DNA of 64,000 nt from Candidatus Bathyarchaeota archaeon (GTDB lineage: Archaea > Thermoproteota > Bathyarchaeia > Bathyarchaeales > Bathycorpusculaceae), in NCBI GenBank assembly GCA_963782525.1, contig CAWAKC010000001.1:96001-160000 (forward strand). Reading direction: 5' to 3'. Position numbers and translations under genes: made by a program. The notes under the pieces were generated by a model, which ran no database searches, was not told the DNA's origin, and saw nothing but the letters and a program-made list of their open reading frames with translations. Positions 21,910 to 34,415 of the stretch are shown piece after piece (position 1 is the first letter of the stretch; every line of letters starts with the position of its first letter).

Positions 21910-22779
21910 ATGGTGCTTAAAGTCGTAATCCCCGCAGCAGGTTTAGGAACCCGCCTATTTCCAGCAACCAAAGAGCAGCCCAAAGAAATGCTACCAATTT
22001 TCTCCAAAACTGCACAAGGAGAAATGACTGTTAAGCCAGTGGTGCAGTTGGTTTTTGAGCAATTGCATGAGGGTGGACTTCGCGAATTCTGCTATGTTGT
22101 AGGCAGAGGCAAACGAGGAATAGAAGATCATTTCACCCCTGACGCACAATGCATCAGAACCCTTGAAGTAATGGGCAAAAATGATTTAGCCTCTGACTTA
22201 GAAGGCTTTTACGAAAAACTTGACTCTTCAACAATCATGTGGGTTAACCAACCTGAACCCAAAGGCTTTGGCAACGCAGTTTTAATGGCTCAACCCTTCG
22301 TGCAAAACGAAAGTTGTTTGGTTCACGCAGGAGACAGTTGCATAATATCGGAAAAAATGGATTACGTAAAAAAACTTCTCGAAGCCTTCAACCGATTTAA
22401 CGCTGACGCAGCTTTTCTTGTACTTGAAATCAAAAATCCCAAACAATACGGAATTGTCGAAGGAGAAGAAATTGAACCAGGAATAATAAAAGTTGAAGCT
22501 GTTGTTGAGAAACCTGAAAAACCAAAAACGAACTGGGCAATTATGGCAATGTATGTTTTCCACCCAATTATCTTCAAAGCATTAGAAGCAACTAAACCAG
22601 GAAACAACGGAGAAATCCAGCTAACAGATGCTATCCAGAAACTTGTTGATTGGGGATTAAAAGTATACGCTATAAAATTAGATGAAAGTTATTCGCACCT
22701 GGACATTGGAAGCCCAGAAAGGTATTGGGAGGCACTAGAGCTTTCATACAAGCAATTCTGCAAGAGGACAACAACATGA
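21910..22779 (+). CDS. galU: UTP-glucose-1-phosphate uridylyltransferase
   Basis: PAAGLGTRLFPATKEQPKEMLP, VEKP and GEIQLTDAI motifs. Confidence 0.9.
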   Translation: MVLKVVIPAAGLGTRLFPATKEQPKEMLPIFSKTAQGEMTVKPVVQLVFEQLHEGGLREFCYVVGRGKRGIEDHFTPDAQCIRTLEVMGKNDLASDLEGFYEKLDSSTIMWVNQPEPKGFGNAVLMAQPFVQNESCLVHAGDSCIISEKMDYVKKLLEAFNRFNADAAFLVLEIKNPKQYGIVEGEEIEPGIIKVEAVVEKPEKPKTNWAIMAMYVFHPIIFKALEATKPGNNGEIQLTDAIQKLVDWGLKVYAIKLDESYSHLDIGSPERYWEALELSYKQFCKRTTT

Positions 22780-23786
22780 TGGATTCCATAATCACCCAAG
22801 ACATTGATACAATATTGGGAGCGGTCAAAGGAGATAGCTTTGAGGGAAAAAAAGTGCTTGTCACAGGCGGCGCCGGTTTTATTGGCAGCTGGCTATGCGA
22901 CGTCCTCCTTAAGTTTAGAGCAAATGTAACTACAATAGATGACTTATCGACTGGAAGAATGAAAAACATTGACCACTTAAGTAAAAATTCACATTTTGAT
23001 TTCATTAAGTCAGATGTTTGTAAATTCGAGAGCCCAGAAAAGTTTGATTTTATCCTCCACATGGCTGGACACGCATCACCCGACGAGTATCAAGCGCACC
23101 CAATTGAAACACTCCAGACAAGTGCTCTTGGAACTTTTGCGATGGCTGAGTTGGCAAGAAAAAATGATGCCAAATTACTGTTTGCTTCAACTTCAGAGGT
23201 GTATGGCGACACAGAAGTAATTCCTACTCCAGAAACCTACTGGGGAAAAGTTAACCCCATCGGACCACGTTCATGTTATGACGAAGGCAAACGCTTCGCT
23301 GAAGCCTTACTTATGGCATATAGCAAGCAACAGGGATTGGATGTTCGAATACCCAGAATCTTCAACTCCTACGGTCCACGACTAAGAGAAGACGGATTAT
23401 ACGGCAGAGCCATGTCCCGCTTTATCCAACAAGCAATAACCAACCAACCTATAACCGTCTACGGTGACGGAAAACAAACACGGTCATTCTGCTACATAAC
23501 TGACACTGTTACAGGATTACTGCTTTTAGCTCAGAAACAAGAAGCTAATGGTGAAGTTGTTAACGTAGGGAATATCAAAGAAGTCACCATAATAGAGCTT
23601 GCACAGAAGATTAAAGCGGTAACAAAAACTAAATCAGAAATACAGTTCCATCCTTTGCCTAAGGATGATCCTAAGAGGCGTTGCCCCGACATCCGAAAGC
23701 TGGAGAGCTTGGTTTGTTGGAGCCCGAGCGTAAGTTTAGGGGATGGGTTAGAGCGTACAGTCAAGTGGTTTGCCGATAAAGTGTGA
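22776..23786 (+). CDS. uxs: UDP-glucuronate decarboxylase (UDP-xylose synthase)
   Basis: GGAGFIG, ASTSEVYGD, YWGKVNPIGPRSCYDEGKR and DDPKRRCPDI motifs; ATGA overlap with galU. Confidence 0.92.
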   Translation: MMDSIITQDIDTILGAVKGDSFEGKKVLVTGGAGFIGSWLCDVLLKFRANVTTIDDLSTGRMKNIDHLSKNSHFDFIKSDVCKFESPEKFDFILHMAGHASPDEYQAHPIETLQTSALGTFAMAELARKNDAKLLFASTSEVYGDTEVIPTPETYWGKVNPIGPRSCYDEGKRFAEALLMAYSKQQGLDVRIPRIFNSYGPRLREDGLYGRAMSRFIQQAITNQPITVYGDGKQTRSFCYITDTVTGLLLLAQKQEANGEVVNVGNIKEVTIIELAQKIKAVTKTKSEIQFHPLPKDDPKRRCPDIRKLESLVCWSPSVSLGDGLERTVKWFADKV

Positions 23787-23849
23787 CTTTATTTACCCTT
23801 TTTTACCGTTTTTGTAATTACCAAAGCTCCCAGAGGGTGGAACCGAGCG

Positions 23850-24070
23850 TCGCCATCATGGAGTTTTATCCTTCTGTTCCTCTGATTGTGGGTTACTTTG
23901 GCATTTTTGCCGATTAAACTATCTTCAAGCCGCTCAACACCCTTAACCGAACCGCTCTCTTGAACCGCACAATATTCAAGGTTCGAACTGCAAATTTTTG
24001 AGTAGCCGCCAATGCTTGTGTGAGGTCCGATGAAAGAATCCTCAATCAACACAACCTTCCCAATCACGCA
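23850..24070 (-). pseudogene. Truncated second copy of the rfbA C-terminus
   Basis: CVIGKVVLIEDSFIGP...VERLEDSLIGKNAKVT is nearly identical to the end of 3426..4484; no N-terminal domain. Confidence 0.85.
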
Positions 24071-24436
24071 CAACCTTTTCTGTTGATGCCGGTTACCAAG
24101 TGTTAGGCAATCTAACGCTCTTAGATCATATGTTTAGCAACTTAATTGGTTCAGCACTTAGGAAACTAAAACTGATCCATTACAATTACAACGAACCAAA
24201 TCGACTGCTTACAAGGCATATTTGTTTGGTATATCGGTCAATACCCTAATTACTATTGACTGGGCGTGTACAATTAACCGATAACTTCATTGACAACAAA
24301 ATAGGAGCCATCTATCATACGGTCGGACCAGACATCTCTTACAGCGGAAACCACGGATATGGCACACCTTCTTAGTGCAGAAAAGGTTTTTATTATAAAG
24401 CTTTTTTAGATTAAAAAGGCTGCTTAAAGAAATTTC

Positions 24437-25770
24437 TTAATTAGATATCTGTTTTTTGACAAAACAAAGCGCACTTTCTACGCAAGCATCCATATTAAGA
24501 TACTTAAATTCGGAGAATCTACCGACTAATCCTATCCCTTTTTCGTCAAAATAGTTATTGATAATGCTAAGATTAGCATTGTAGTTGAGGTCATTGATAA
24601 CATAGGCATATTGTGTTCTATGCACCTTTGCAAAACCGACATCTTTCTTGTTGATTAAGCCCAGCCATGACAAGTCATCGACCGTTCGTTCAACGATGTC
24701 TTTATCAGACATCTTCCAAATAGGGTCACCAACATTACAGGTTATTTCTGTTAGCACCGACGATTTCTTGAATGGAGCAACGCATGGGCTATAGTTTGAC
24801 GGGAAGCTTATACGGTGAGTGAGAACTGCCTTGTCAGAGATATAAAGCCACGAAAGATCATTTAATTTATCCTTGTTTATACCAAGCATTACCACGATTA
24901 GGGAATTATACTTTAGAGAACCCGCTGCCTCCTTTACTTCTTTGGGGGCATCAACAGCGCCAACCAGGTTTTGGATCGGCATTGTGGAAACTATTCTATC
25001 AAACGATTTCTCAATTTGACCATTGGAAACAATCCACTGGTTATCTTCATAACTAACACTTTTGACCGGGAAGTTCAAGATTATTTTTTCTTTGCCGATT
25101 TTGGTTTCAAGCGCTCGTATTATCGCTTCTATTCCTCCTGTTCGAGAATAGTAGAAATGCAATTGGTGAGTGTAACCTTCTGTCTCTATGCCCAACGACG
25201 ATTTTATTATGTCTTCGACTGGAGGATCAGGGATTCTCTTACCCAATTAATACCCATTTCCTCTAGGCGATATTTCCAGATCTTTTCATTATAGGGTACA
25301 AGATATTTTTTAGCGATTCCCTCACCGAAGGTATTAAAAAACCATTCACTTAGATTTTTAGAGTTAACCGATTGGCATTTGGCCTTTCTTAGAAGCGACT
25401 GGATGAACCCATTCAAGCACTCAAAGTTTTCTTCCTTTGACAAGGCAGCTAAGCCGTTCTCAAACGGATACTTAACGAGAAGTTTTTTGTATAAAACCTT
25501 TGTATTGCGTCGATTTTTGATTTTGTTTTGCCCCAAGAGGTCTGTAAGAAAATTTAGCGCGTCAATATTCTTTGAAAAGATTATATGAGAGCCTGCATCG
25601 TCAAAGGTAAAACCGTCTTGTTGACTTGAACGCATCAAACCGCCGCATGCTTGATCCTTCTCGAGGATTTCAAAACTCAGGCCCTTCTGATTTAACAAGT
25701 GTCCTATTGTTAGTCCAGATAGCCCTCCGCCAAAAATACCAGTTTTAACTTTGGTGCTTGTTCTGATTGC
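24437..25770 (-). CDS. FAD-dependent oxidoreductase, UDP-galactopyranose mutase/HemY-like (frameshifted near 25240)
   Basis: IFGGGLSG upstream of the called ORF, then GGLMRS, YPFENG, PYNEKIW and GRFSEFKYLNMD. Confidence 0.8.
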
Positions 25771-26008
25771 AAGTCCCTCTGAATTGCTGAGAAGTTATAA
25801 AATGCCTAATATTAATATTCTACCCTTTCCTGCGGAAAAGAGCGCATACCTAAAATAAAACTCAAAAGGAAATATGTTTAAATTTCAAATTTATACTTAG
25901 ATAACTCTCAAAAGTTGCGTCTGACTGTCAGATAGGCAGGTAACGATGATACTCACAAAAAAAGAACTTCCCTGCCTTGTTCTAAACCCAAGAATCGAGA
26001 GGTATTCC

Positions 26009-28919
26009 GTGCGAAATCTACAAGTTACCGTAATCAACCATTGCCTAGTTTTCATACGGAAATTCTGGCCAGTTTTAATTGTTTTCGCTTTGGGCTTAAC
26101 ACCCTTGTTGTGGTTTAGATCCGGTTTTATTGTCGTCTGAGGAGATTACTTTCCTTTCGTTAACCCTCTGGCTAACTCTAGATTCATGTATACATGGTCA
26201 GATGCCACAGCACTAGGAGCGTCCCGCAAGCAGGCAATCCTACTCCAATGCAGAGCATTTGGTTTGCTCTCTGGTATATTTTAGCGAGCGCCGGATTGAG
26301 CATCGGTTCCATCCAAATTATTCTCCAAGTAACTTACTTCCTAGGCGCAGGACTATCAATATACCTTCTTGCGTCAACTGTCTATAAACAGGGGAAGTGA
26401 TGCCATTTGTGGCCAGCATTTTTTACATGTTTAACTTAATTATGTTCTTTAGAAACTTCAACGACGCGGCTTCTTGGTCTTAGTATTAATACCGTTAATG
26501 ATCTTCTTTTACATAAGAATCATCCGTAATGTCAGACAAGGCCACAGAATAACCGGTAACGTAATAGCTCTCTCGGTAATTTCAACGGTGCTTTTGAGTT
26601 TTTCACTTACCAATCCAGCTTATACTGTGTTAACCGTAACTGTGTTCTTTGTCCTTTTTCTGTATTCCTTAATCACGGAAAAAGGTTTACGCTTGAAAAT
26701 TTTCAAGGCCCTATGTTTTCTTTCCTCTGTAACCCTGCTCATGAATATATGGTGGATAATACCGCTCATAATTGAAATCACATCCTACGCTGGCGGCTTT
26801 ATCCAGCTAGGAACAACTACTAACGTAGTTGGATGGTCGTTCGTTTATGGAAGATCAAGCTTTCTTAACCTATTCTGGCTCAACGGCATTTGGAACTGGA
26901 CCCCAGAATATTTCCCATACATCGGTACTTATGCTAATCCAATCCTGCAAACGCTACTCTTTATCCCTATAATTCTTGCGTTTTCAGCGCTATTTTTCAA
27001 AGGAAAATACCGAAAAATCAATCTTATTTTTGCTGCAACAATAGTTGTCCTAATATTTCTTGCAAAAGGTCTGCATCCACCACTAGGCCACATAAATCTT
27101 TTTGTATATAACCACCTACCAGGCGCATTTCTTTTCAGAGAGCCCTTCTTAAAATTATACGACTTCCTTCTCATTCCCATGGCACTGTTAATTGGGTTTG
27201 CGACAACTTCAGTTGTGCAGAAGATAAAAATCTCAAACTTACCATACAAAAAAATCCTCTGTCTATTGCTAGTCCTCTTCTTAGTATCAAGCTTTATCAT
27301 CTCAGTTTTCCCTCTCTTCAAAACCGATCTTTTATTCGGCAAAACCGAAGCTCTTCCATTTTCATCGTACGTCCAAATACCTACTTATTGGTACCAAGCC
27401 AGTGATTACATAAATAGCATTTCAGGTAATTTCAGAGTCCTCCAGACGCCCGGAGACGATTTCTATCAAATTCCCTATATATGGGGATACTACGGTTCAG
27501 ACGCCATCGCTTCCTCTCTGATCACAAAGCCTGTACTGCAAAACAGCTTCGGCTATGCTAGCGTAAATGACATGGCATCATTAATTTACCAAGAATTTGA
27601 TGCAAACGAATCGGTGGCTTTTGTTAATACAATATCACTCTTGAATATCAAATACATTATTCAAAGAAATGACGTGTGGTGGAACTATAGCGGAAGAACC
27701 ATACATTCTCCAGAGTACATGAAATCGTTCCTATCTAACACAAGCGGTATTAAGCTTGTGACTTCCTTTGGTCCACTCGACATTTTCGAAGTCTCAGACA
27801 ACCTGTCCCTTCCAAGAGTTACACAACCAATAGCCAAATATTTACTGACAACTCAATTACTGATTACACGCAGATACTTTCAGCAACAATACATCAATTC
27901 ACTCGGCATTCTTCTGTCCGACAAGTTAAGTGCCTCTCAGGATCAGTTTTTCACGGGGTTTGCCAAATACATTGATCAACAACAAGACTGAAATAAACTA
28001 GCATGCCGGAAACGGTAGAAAACTTTCATTCACGTGGGACGACTTGATACCTGGAAGCCTCCAAATTAGGTATTATTCTGGTCGGAAAAATGTCATAACG
28101 GATGGTAATGAAACTCAGGACACTTTAAAATTTCCGTCACTAGACTCATGTCCTTACGAATTTTCCTCTGCCTACAATGAGACCGGTTGGGCCGCGCATA
28201 ATTCTACATTAGTTTTTCTAAAACAGGAAGTGGGCCTATGGCAATCGGCGAAATGCTATGTGGAGGACAACCAATACCCGATATAATGGGTGTATGGTGG
28301 CAAACAGGTTGGGAAGGCATGGGAACAAAACATCTACAGATCCCAATTATAATTCCAGCTAACCAAGAAGCAATAATTCAATTCCACCATATCCTCACCG
28401 AGAATATCACAATAGTGAGCAACCCAATTCCTTTTAAGACTAACTCGCCATCGGATAACAAATTGTTTGAGCAAAACTGCCCCAACTTGAATTCAGAGTA
28501 ATCAATCCCACGTAAGTAGAAGTAACAATAAAAAATGCAACTCAACCCTTCTTTCTTACTTTCGGAGAAAACTATGATCCTCAATGGAAAGCTTATGTCA
28601 TAAATAATGGTGAAGGTGTGAGTCAAAACGGATTCCCAATCCAAGATATCTCTTATCTATTTAATCAACCGATAAGCAATCAGTATCATTTCATAGCTAA
28701 TGGATATGCGAATGCATGGTACATCGACCCCCTTCAATTGCATGAAGGGACAAACTTACAATCACTCTCTTCTTCGTTCCTCAAGCCTATTACTATATAG
28801 GTGAACTAGTAACCGTAGTAACAATAGTCTTAGCAGCTTGCTACTTACTTTTGACTTTTGTAAGGAAGAAAAGCGTCGAAATATTAATATTACATAGAAA
28901 AGTTCGATGGCTTTAAATG
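26009..28919 (+). CDS. Large GT-C membrane glycosyltransferase, DUF3367/AftD-like, fragmented by several indels
   Basis: NIWWIIP, LAKGLHPP, LFREP, IPTYW, NIKYIIQRND and ANGYANAW motifs across consecutive fragments. Confidence 0.7.
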
Positions 28920-28973
28920 ACCCAAATAACATTTAGGGTTCCAAATAAACACTTTGCATTTGGAGTGCTATAA

Positions 28974-30111
28974 GTGGATATTTTGTTCTCAGGAGCGGTA
29001 TTTTTCATCCCGAATGGAAAGGCGGCGAACCAGTTATCGGAAAAGAATTAATTCGCTTTTTATCAAAGAGACATAATTGTCAAATCTCCAAATCTCTTCC
29101 ATTTGCGCTTGATAAAACGAGATCTATCTTTCGTTTATTGAAAAAGACAATTTGCGTTTATCGTGATTAATAGAGCAAATATCTCAAAAGCGAATGTTGT
29201 CTTATCTTTTTATCATTTTCGACTCATCCATAATGAATGAGTCCTTAAAAAGAAAGGTCCCTCTTATTATTACCCAGCATATCTATTGGGGGCTGTGTCC
29301 CAAATTCGATTTTTGGAACAATGCAACTAATTGCTCTTGTCAAAAGTTGAACCTCAATCGCGAGATTGCAAGGAATGCATTCAAAGCAGATAACCTTGGA
29401 CCTCAACTCGTCTCCAATTGTTGAAAAAATTGATTAATAATTTAAGAAATAACCGCAAACCAACTCTTTGCGCATGTGATGCGATTGTCGTTCCCAGCAA
29501 TTTTATGGTCGGATTATACAAGAGGAACTTGGCGATGTAGACGTAAGAGCAGTGCATAATGGAATCGACACAGAATTGTCTCATCCAACAGAGAGAGACG
29601 TTACCGCTAAAAAACGGATTCTCTATGCTGAAGCAAGGACTAATGTCAAAGGTTATCACCATTTTGTCAAATTAGCAACTGAAGTCTCCAAATTAAGGGA
29701 TGACGTTGAGTTTTTAGCCTTCGGCTACGGCAAAGGCTCGGCACATAATAGCGTAAAGGACCTTGGCTTTCTTAGAAATCTGATGTCCCGAAGGCATAGT
29801 AGCTTATACGCTCTAATTTTCCCGCGTTGTGTGATGACCCCTTTGGTCGATTCCGCTTGAAAGCATGGCCTGCGGATGTCCTGTAATAGCTTATGGCTCG
29901 GGCGGCGTCTCTGAAATGATTAGCACGTAAAAACGGCAACTTGGTTTCAACAGGCGATTTTGATCAACTACTAAAAACGACCATAATCTAGTCGATAACA
30001 CATCAAAGGCAGAACAAATGAGGCTGACATCAAGGCAGTATGTAGAGAAAAATTTCTGTTAGATTCAATGTCAGAAACTACGAAAGGATTATTGTAGAAA
30101 TAGCAAGATAA
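28974..30111 (+). pseudogene. GT4 glycosyltransferase, heavily frameshifted
   Basis: KGGE, HIYWGLCP, HNGID, KGYH and ACGCPVIA...GGVSEM fragments. Confidence 0.7.
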
Positions 30112-30119
30112 CTTTTAAT

Positions 30120-30750
30120 TATTTTAGACTTCTTATTTTACGAGCTGGCGCACCCGCAATAACGGTATACGCGGGGAACGAAGAGGTAACAACGCTATAG
30201 CGCCAACAACACAGTGCTTTCCTAAGGACACCCCTTAAGAATAAAGCTATGTGCCCCCAAAAAGCAGTCATCGCCAATTATGATTTCTTTTGGTTCATCG
30301 ATGCCTTGCATAAGAGGCGGGATATCAATGTTTTCAGAAGCATGGTTATGATCTATTACTGACACATCTAAGAAATTAGGCAGTTTTTGCCGATCGTAAT
30401 TTTTTTTGCTGCGCCCATACTGAAGTCGTCGCCGATATTGGAATTATCGCCGATATCAATCGTGGGGTTTGCGTTGGTACCTAAGGGTATTGTCATTATT
30501 GATGCCCTGTAACCAATTGATACATTGTCGCCTATGGTGACGTTTTGCAGGTTGCATTTCCAGAGTGAGTAGCCTGGACCGATAAGGATGTTTCCCGGCT
30601 TTTCCGACTCTGATGTGGAAGGGAAAGCTCATGAGGTAAAAAACGCGCTCTCTCCTTTCCTAATTAGTTTTGAAGACAATCTGGTTTTATCGTTTTCCCA
30701 GCCTGGGCGTCGAAGCCCATCTTTGCTGCCCATGTTTAGCCTCTTTTTTA
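30120..30750 (-). pseudogene. Hexapeptide-repeat O-acyltransferase, frameshifted
   Basis: VTIGDNVSIG, IDIGDNSNIG, ITIGKNCLI, DHNH, IIGDDCFLG and VIAGAPAR read on the minus strand. Confidence 0.75.
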
Positions 30751-30759
30751 CGTATACAT

Positions 30760-32059
30760 TATAGCTGTTATATATACGCTTGTGAATCGAGTTTATTCCA
30801 TTTTTTGACGTTAAACTTGCGTTCTCTAGTTCGGGTTACTTATGTACTCCAAAACATTGCAACATTAATGTCCCAGTCCCAACTTTTTGCTAATTCCAGA
30901 GCTTCTTTGGGATTTTGCAATAAAATCGCCGCCGGTTAACAGCCGCAGTACTGATTTGCGAATTCTTTGGAATTTTTCAGTGGGACTACCATCATTCCTT
31001 TTGGATACGCGACCCTTAAAGCAGGAATATCAAACCTTACTGTCGGCAAACACAAGCCATCGCCTCGGCCGCAGTCATCCCAGAATTATCGTAAATTATG
31101 TGTGAAGAAAAACTTTGCTTTTAAGAATTTTATATTTTTCGACGCCATCCACATATCCAAGACAATCGATATTTGGTTAGATTTTTGCTCTTTTAGCTAT
31201 TTCCTGGCTTATTTTTTCTTCAAAATCTTTTGATCCATTACCTATTAGGGCTAACTCCCCGTCAGGCTTTGAACTTTACAAACGTTCTCCCAAATCTCAA
31301 TAAATAATTAACGCCTTTCATCGGGTGGATGCGCCCAACAAAGCAACCATCATACTATGCTTTTTTGCTCAGGCACTTGTTTGATTTCTTCTGACCTCAG
31401 CCACCAAAAGATTGCCTTTAGCCTATCTTCGGGGAAACCTTGATTAGTAAAATATTTCTTATCCGCATCGTTAGTAACAAATATCAAATCAGAAAAGGTT
31501 ATCGACCGATAGTGGATGGCTTCTCAACAAAATAGTTTGCGAGCGTTTTGAAATCGGGTAAAGTTTTAGACTTATTCCGTATGCGTATTCAAACCCTTTA
31601 AACGGACTTGGAATAGGTACATAATAGCTGCTTTACCCAGAGCTAGCCAATTCTTTTCGACAAACGCAGCGGGTATAACATCGGGCCAAAAATTTGTAGC
31701 TGAATAGATTAAAGTTTTCTTCTGGGAAGTGTCTTCCCTTCACCTCCCTAGATGCATAAAAAGTCTGAAAGTGACTTGACACAGGGGTCTACCAAATTTT
31801 TCAATTCTCGAACAGGAGATTATGGAGAATTCAACATTGTTAACATTCTAATTTTGGCAGGTAATGTAACCGCTTTCTGAAGTAATAATGTGGATGTCGA
31901 CTGCTCTGGGCTGCCCATCTTCGGGCTGAATTCAAGAAGGATTTTTGTATCGCCGCCCATTGTGCCCGGAGGACTAATCGACATAGCGAAAACATAAAGA
32001 CTGTAACAAATATGTGGATTTTCTCCGGTTAACCGAAATATAGTTTGAGTATAAAGCAA
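30760..32059 (-). pseudogene. GT4 glycosyltransferase, heavily frameshifted
   Basis: MGGDTKILLE, LGYVDGVEKY and GMTAAEAMAC fragments. Confidence 0.65.
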
Positions 32060-32144
32060 ATTATTTGTTTAAATGACAAGCAAAATAATATATTTATATG
32101 TTATATTTACTTTTTCCGTAAATATACAAATGCAACCCTGAACC

Positions 32145-32917
32145 TCAATAGATACATAGCAACAGCATAAATTGGATGCGTAACCAGTTTCTTCCAGTTT
32201 CCGTTCTCAACAAAAACGCCTAAAAGCCTGTACCGCATGCCCGTTTGCTTAGTACTTCTAAATCGTTTGCTCCCCATTTATGTACATAAGTCTGAATCCC
32301 GTCGGTATAGTAGCCTTTTTTCTTCAATAACGGTTCATTTTGAATTTGCCTTCATTATGGAAAAGACTGGCGCTGCAGACAGCGGTTTTCCCGATGGCTC
32401 TTATTTTTCTGTCAAAATCCCAGTCTTCAGGGCCAATAAGTGACTCGTCAAAGCCGCCTACTTTGATAAAGGCGTCTCTTATGATGAAACGAACCGCGTC
32501 AATAACGGTACCTGTGTAGAAGCTTCGTTCGAAATCTCTTACTTTAATCCAGAAGCCTTCGCCGACAATGCGTTCCGGCACATAAACCGCGACTACATCA
32601 GAGGAATCTAGGAGCTTAACGCATTCCTCTATTAAACGGTCGCTAATGATCATGTCAGCGTCTAAATAAAGCACGTATTTTCCAAGAGCCATCTGCACAC
32701 CATAGTTTCTCTGTGCAGACCGCTCGTTTCCCTTCAAATAGACTTTTGCGCCCAAACTCTTCGCGATATCGAGGGTAGAGTCAGTTGAATAATTATCGAC
32801 CAGCAGTACCTCAACTTTCTTGTAGGTTTGGTTTTTCACTGACGAAATGCAGTTTGCTATGTTGGCTTCTTCGTTTTTTGTTGTAATAACAACGGAGACT
32901 AAGGCACTGCTTTGCAT
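32145..32917 (-). CDS. GT2 glycosyltransferase (C-terminus frameshifted)
   Basis: TTKNEE, VDNYSTD, ERSAQRN, YLDAD and GPEDWD motifs. Confidence 0.85.
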
Positions 32918-32939
32918 ATTATCCTCGAATTGAAATGGT

Positions 32940-34409
32940 TTATTTTGTTTTTTCGAAATCCCTAACATGCCCCAAAACTTTTGTGGCACCCTTAACAGAG
33001 TATTTTACGTCTCGCCAGCTACGGATACGGGTAAGTTGCCTTAGCATATACTTAGGAGTTAAGAACACGTGGTATATTTCGTCGCATAACTGCATCACTT
33101 CTTCAGCGGTCATATCTGGTGTAGTCATAACTGGTTCTTTCATATCAAACCGTTCATAATCAGTGGGATCAAAGCGGAACCAGCCGTTCTTTACTGCTTC
33201 AGCATACAATTTGCTGCCGGGGTAGGGAATAACAACTGTTGACTGAAGAGTTATTGCCCAGCCTTTTTGCATCAAAGTTTTTGCTACATTGAGAGTTTTT
33301 TCAGCTTCTGCCCGGGTTTCCCATGGGTAACCAACCATAATTGTTATATGTGGTTCAAGCCCTTCCTCGCGGGGCACTCGGCATTCACTCATGATGCCGT
33401 CTATTGTGGTTCCTTTGTTGAGTCTATCAAGCGTGCTTGACTTCCAGACTCAATACCGAACAGCAGCATCCTAAAACCCGCTTTCTTCATTAAACGGTAT
33501 TCTTCACGCTTTAAAGCGCCAAAACGCATGTTACAGCTAAACTGAATCGTTTTGTTGTAGCCACGCTCGATCATCAGGTTAGCAAACTTTCTGAGCCATT
33601 CGCCTGCTGGGAAACAACCTGTATCGTCAAACACTGATTTAACGCCATATCGGTTGATCAACACACCTATCTCGTCTGCTAAACGCTCTGGTTTCATTGC
33701 CCGGAAGGTGGGGTAAAGTGTTGGCCAAGAGCAGAATGTGCAGCCGCCGTCTTTTCTCCACCAGCAGTCGCGTCCTGCCATAGTGTAGGCGCCTGGGGTA
33801 ACTTTGAAGTTGCCGTTTCGGGTGTTGTATAGGTTCCATTTACTTAATGTTCTGTTTATGAAAGGTAAATCGTTTAGATCGTGATTTAATTTGAATTGCC
33901 CAGTGTTTTTTACTAACCGTTTTCTCGATACCAAATCCCCGGCTCAGGGTCGCTTTGTTTGCCGTTCAAGTAGTTGACTAAGTTAAGTAACAGAAAATCG
34001 TAGTCGCCGCCTGTTAAGATATAGTCGACTTTGCTTTGCTCCATGGATTCCAGCGGCAAAGCAGTAACGTGATCGCCAACCAGAACCACCTTTGATCTGG
34101 AAGAAGTTTCTTTACCTCATTTATGATTGCCCAGTGTTTTTTCACTACTGGGGTTTTTGTTTCAACCATAATAACATCAGGAGATGCATGCTGCAAATCA
34201 GTTAGCCATTGGTTATAAGGTTTTTCTTCAGCTATGCCATCGTCCCAGATAACTTCGTAGCCGGCGTCATTAAGTAAGGTGGCAGCATAGGCTGGAACAA
34301 CTGGGTAAATGTAGGTTGGTGACTTGAAATATTGGAATTGTCTGTTTTGGCGAGAAGCGGAACGCCTTTGTCTGAAATGTATAGGTGGATAGGAAATGCT
34401 GATTTTCAT
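32940..34409 (-). CDS. Cobalamin-binding radical SAM protein (class B-like), in three or more frameshifted pieces
   Basis: YPP...PAYAATLL B12-binding N-terminus, CWWRKDGGCTFC, DDT, GIESG, MVGYPWET and IPYPGS motifs. Confidence 0.85.
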
Positions 34410-34415
34410 CGTTTT

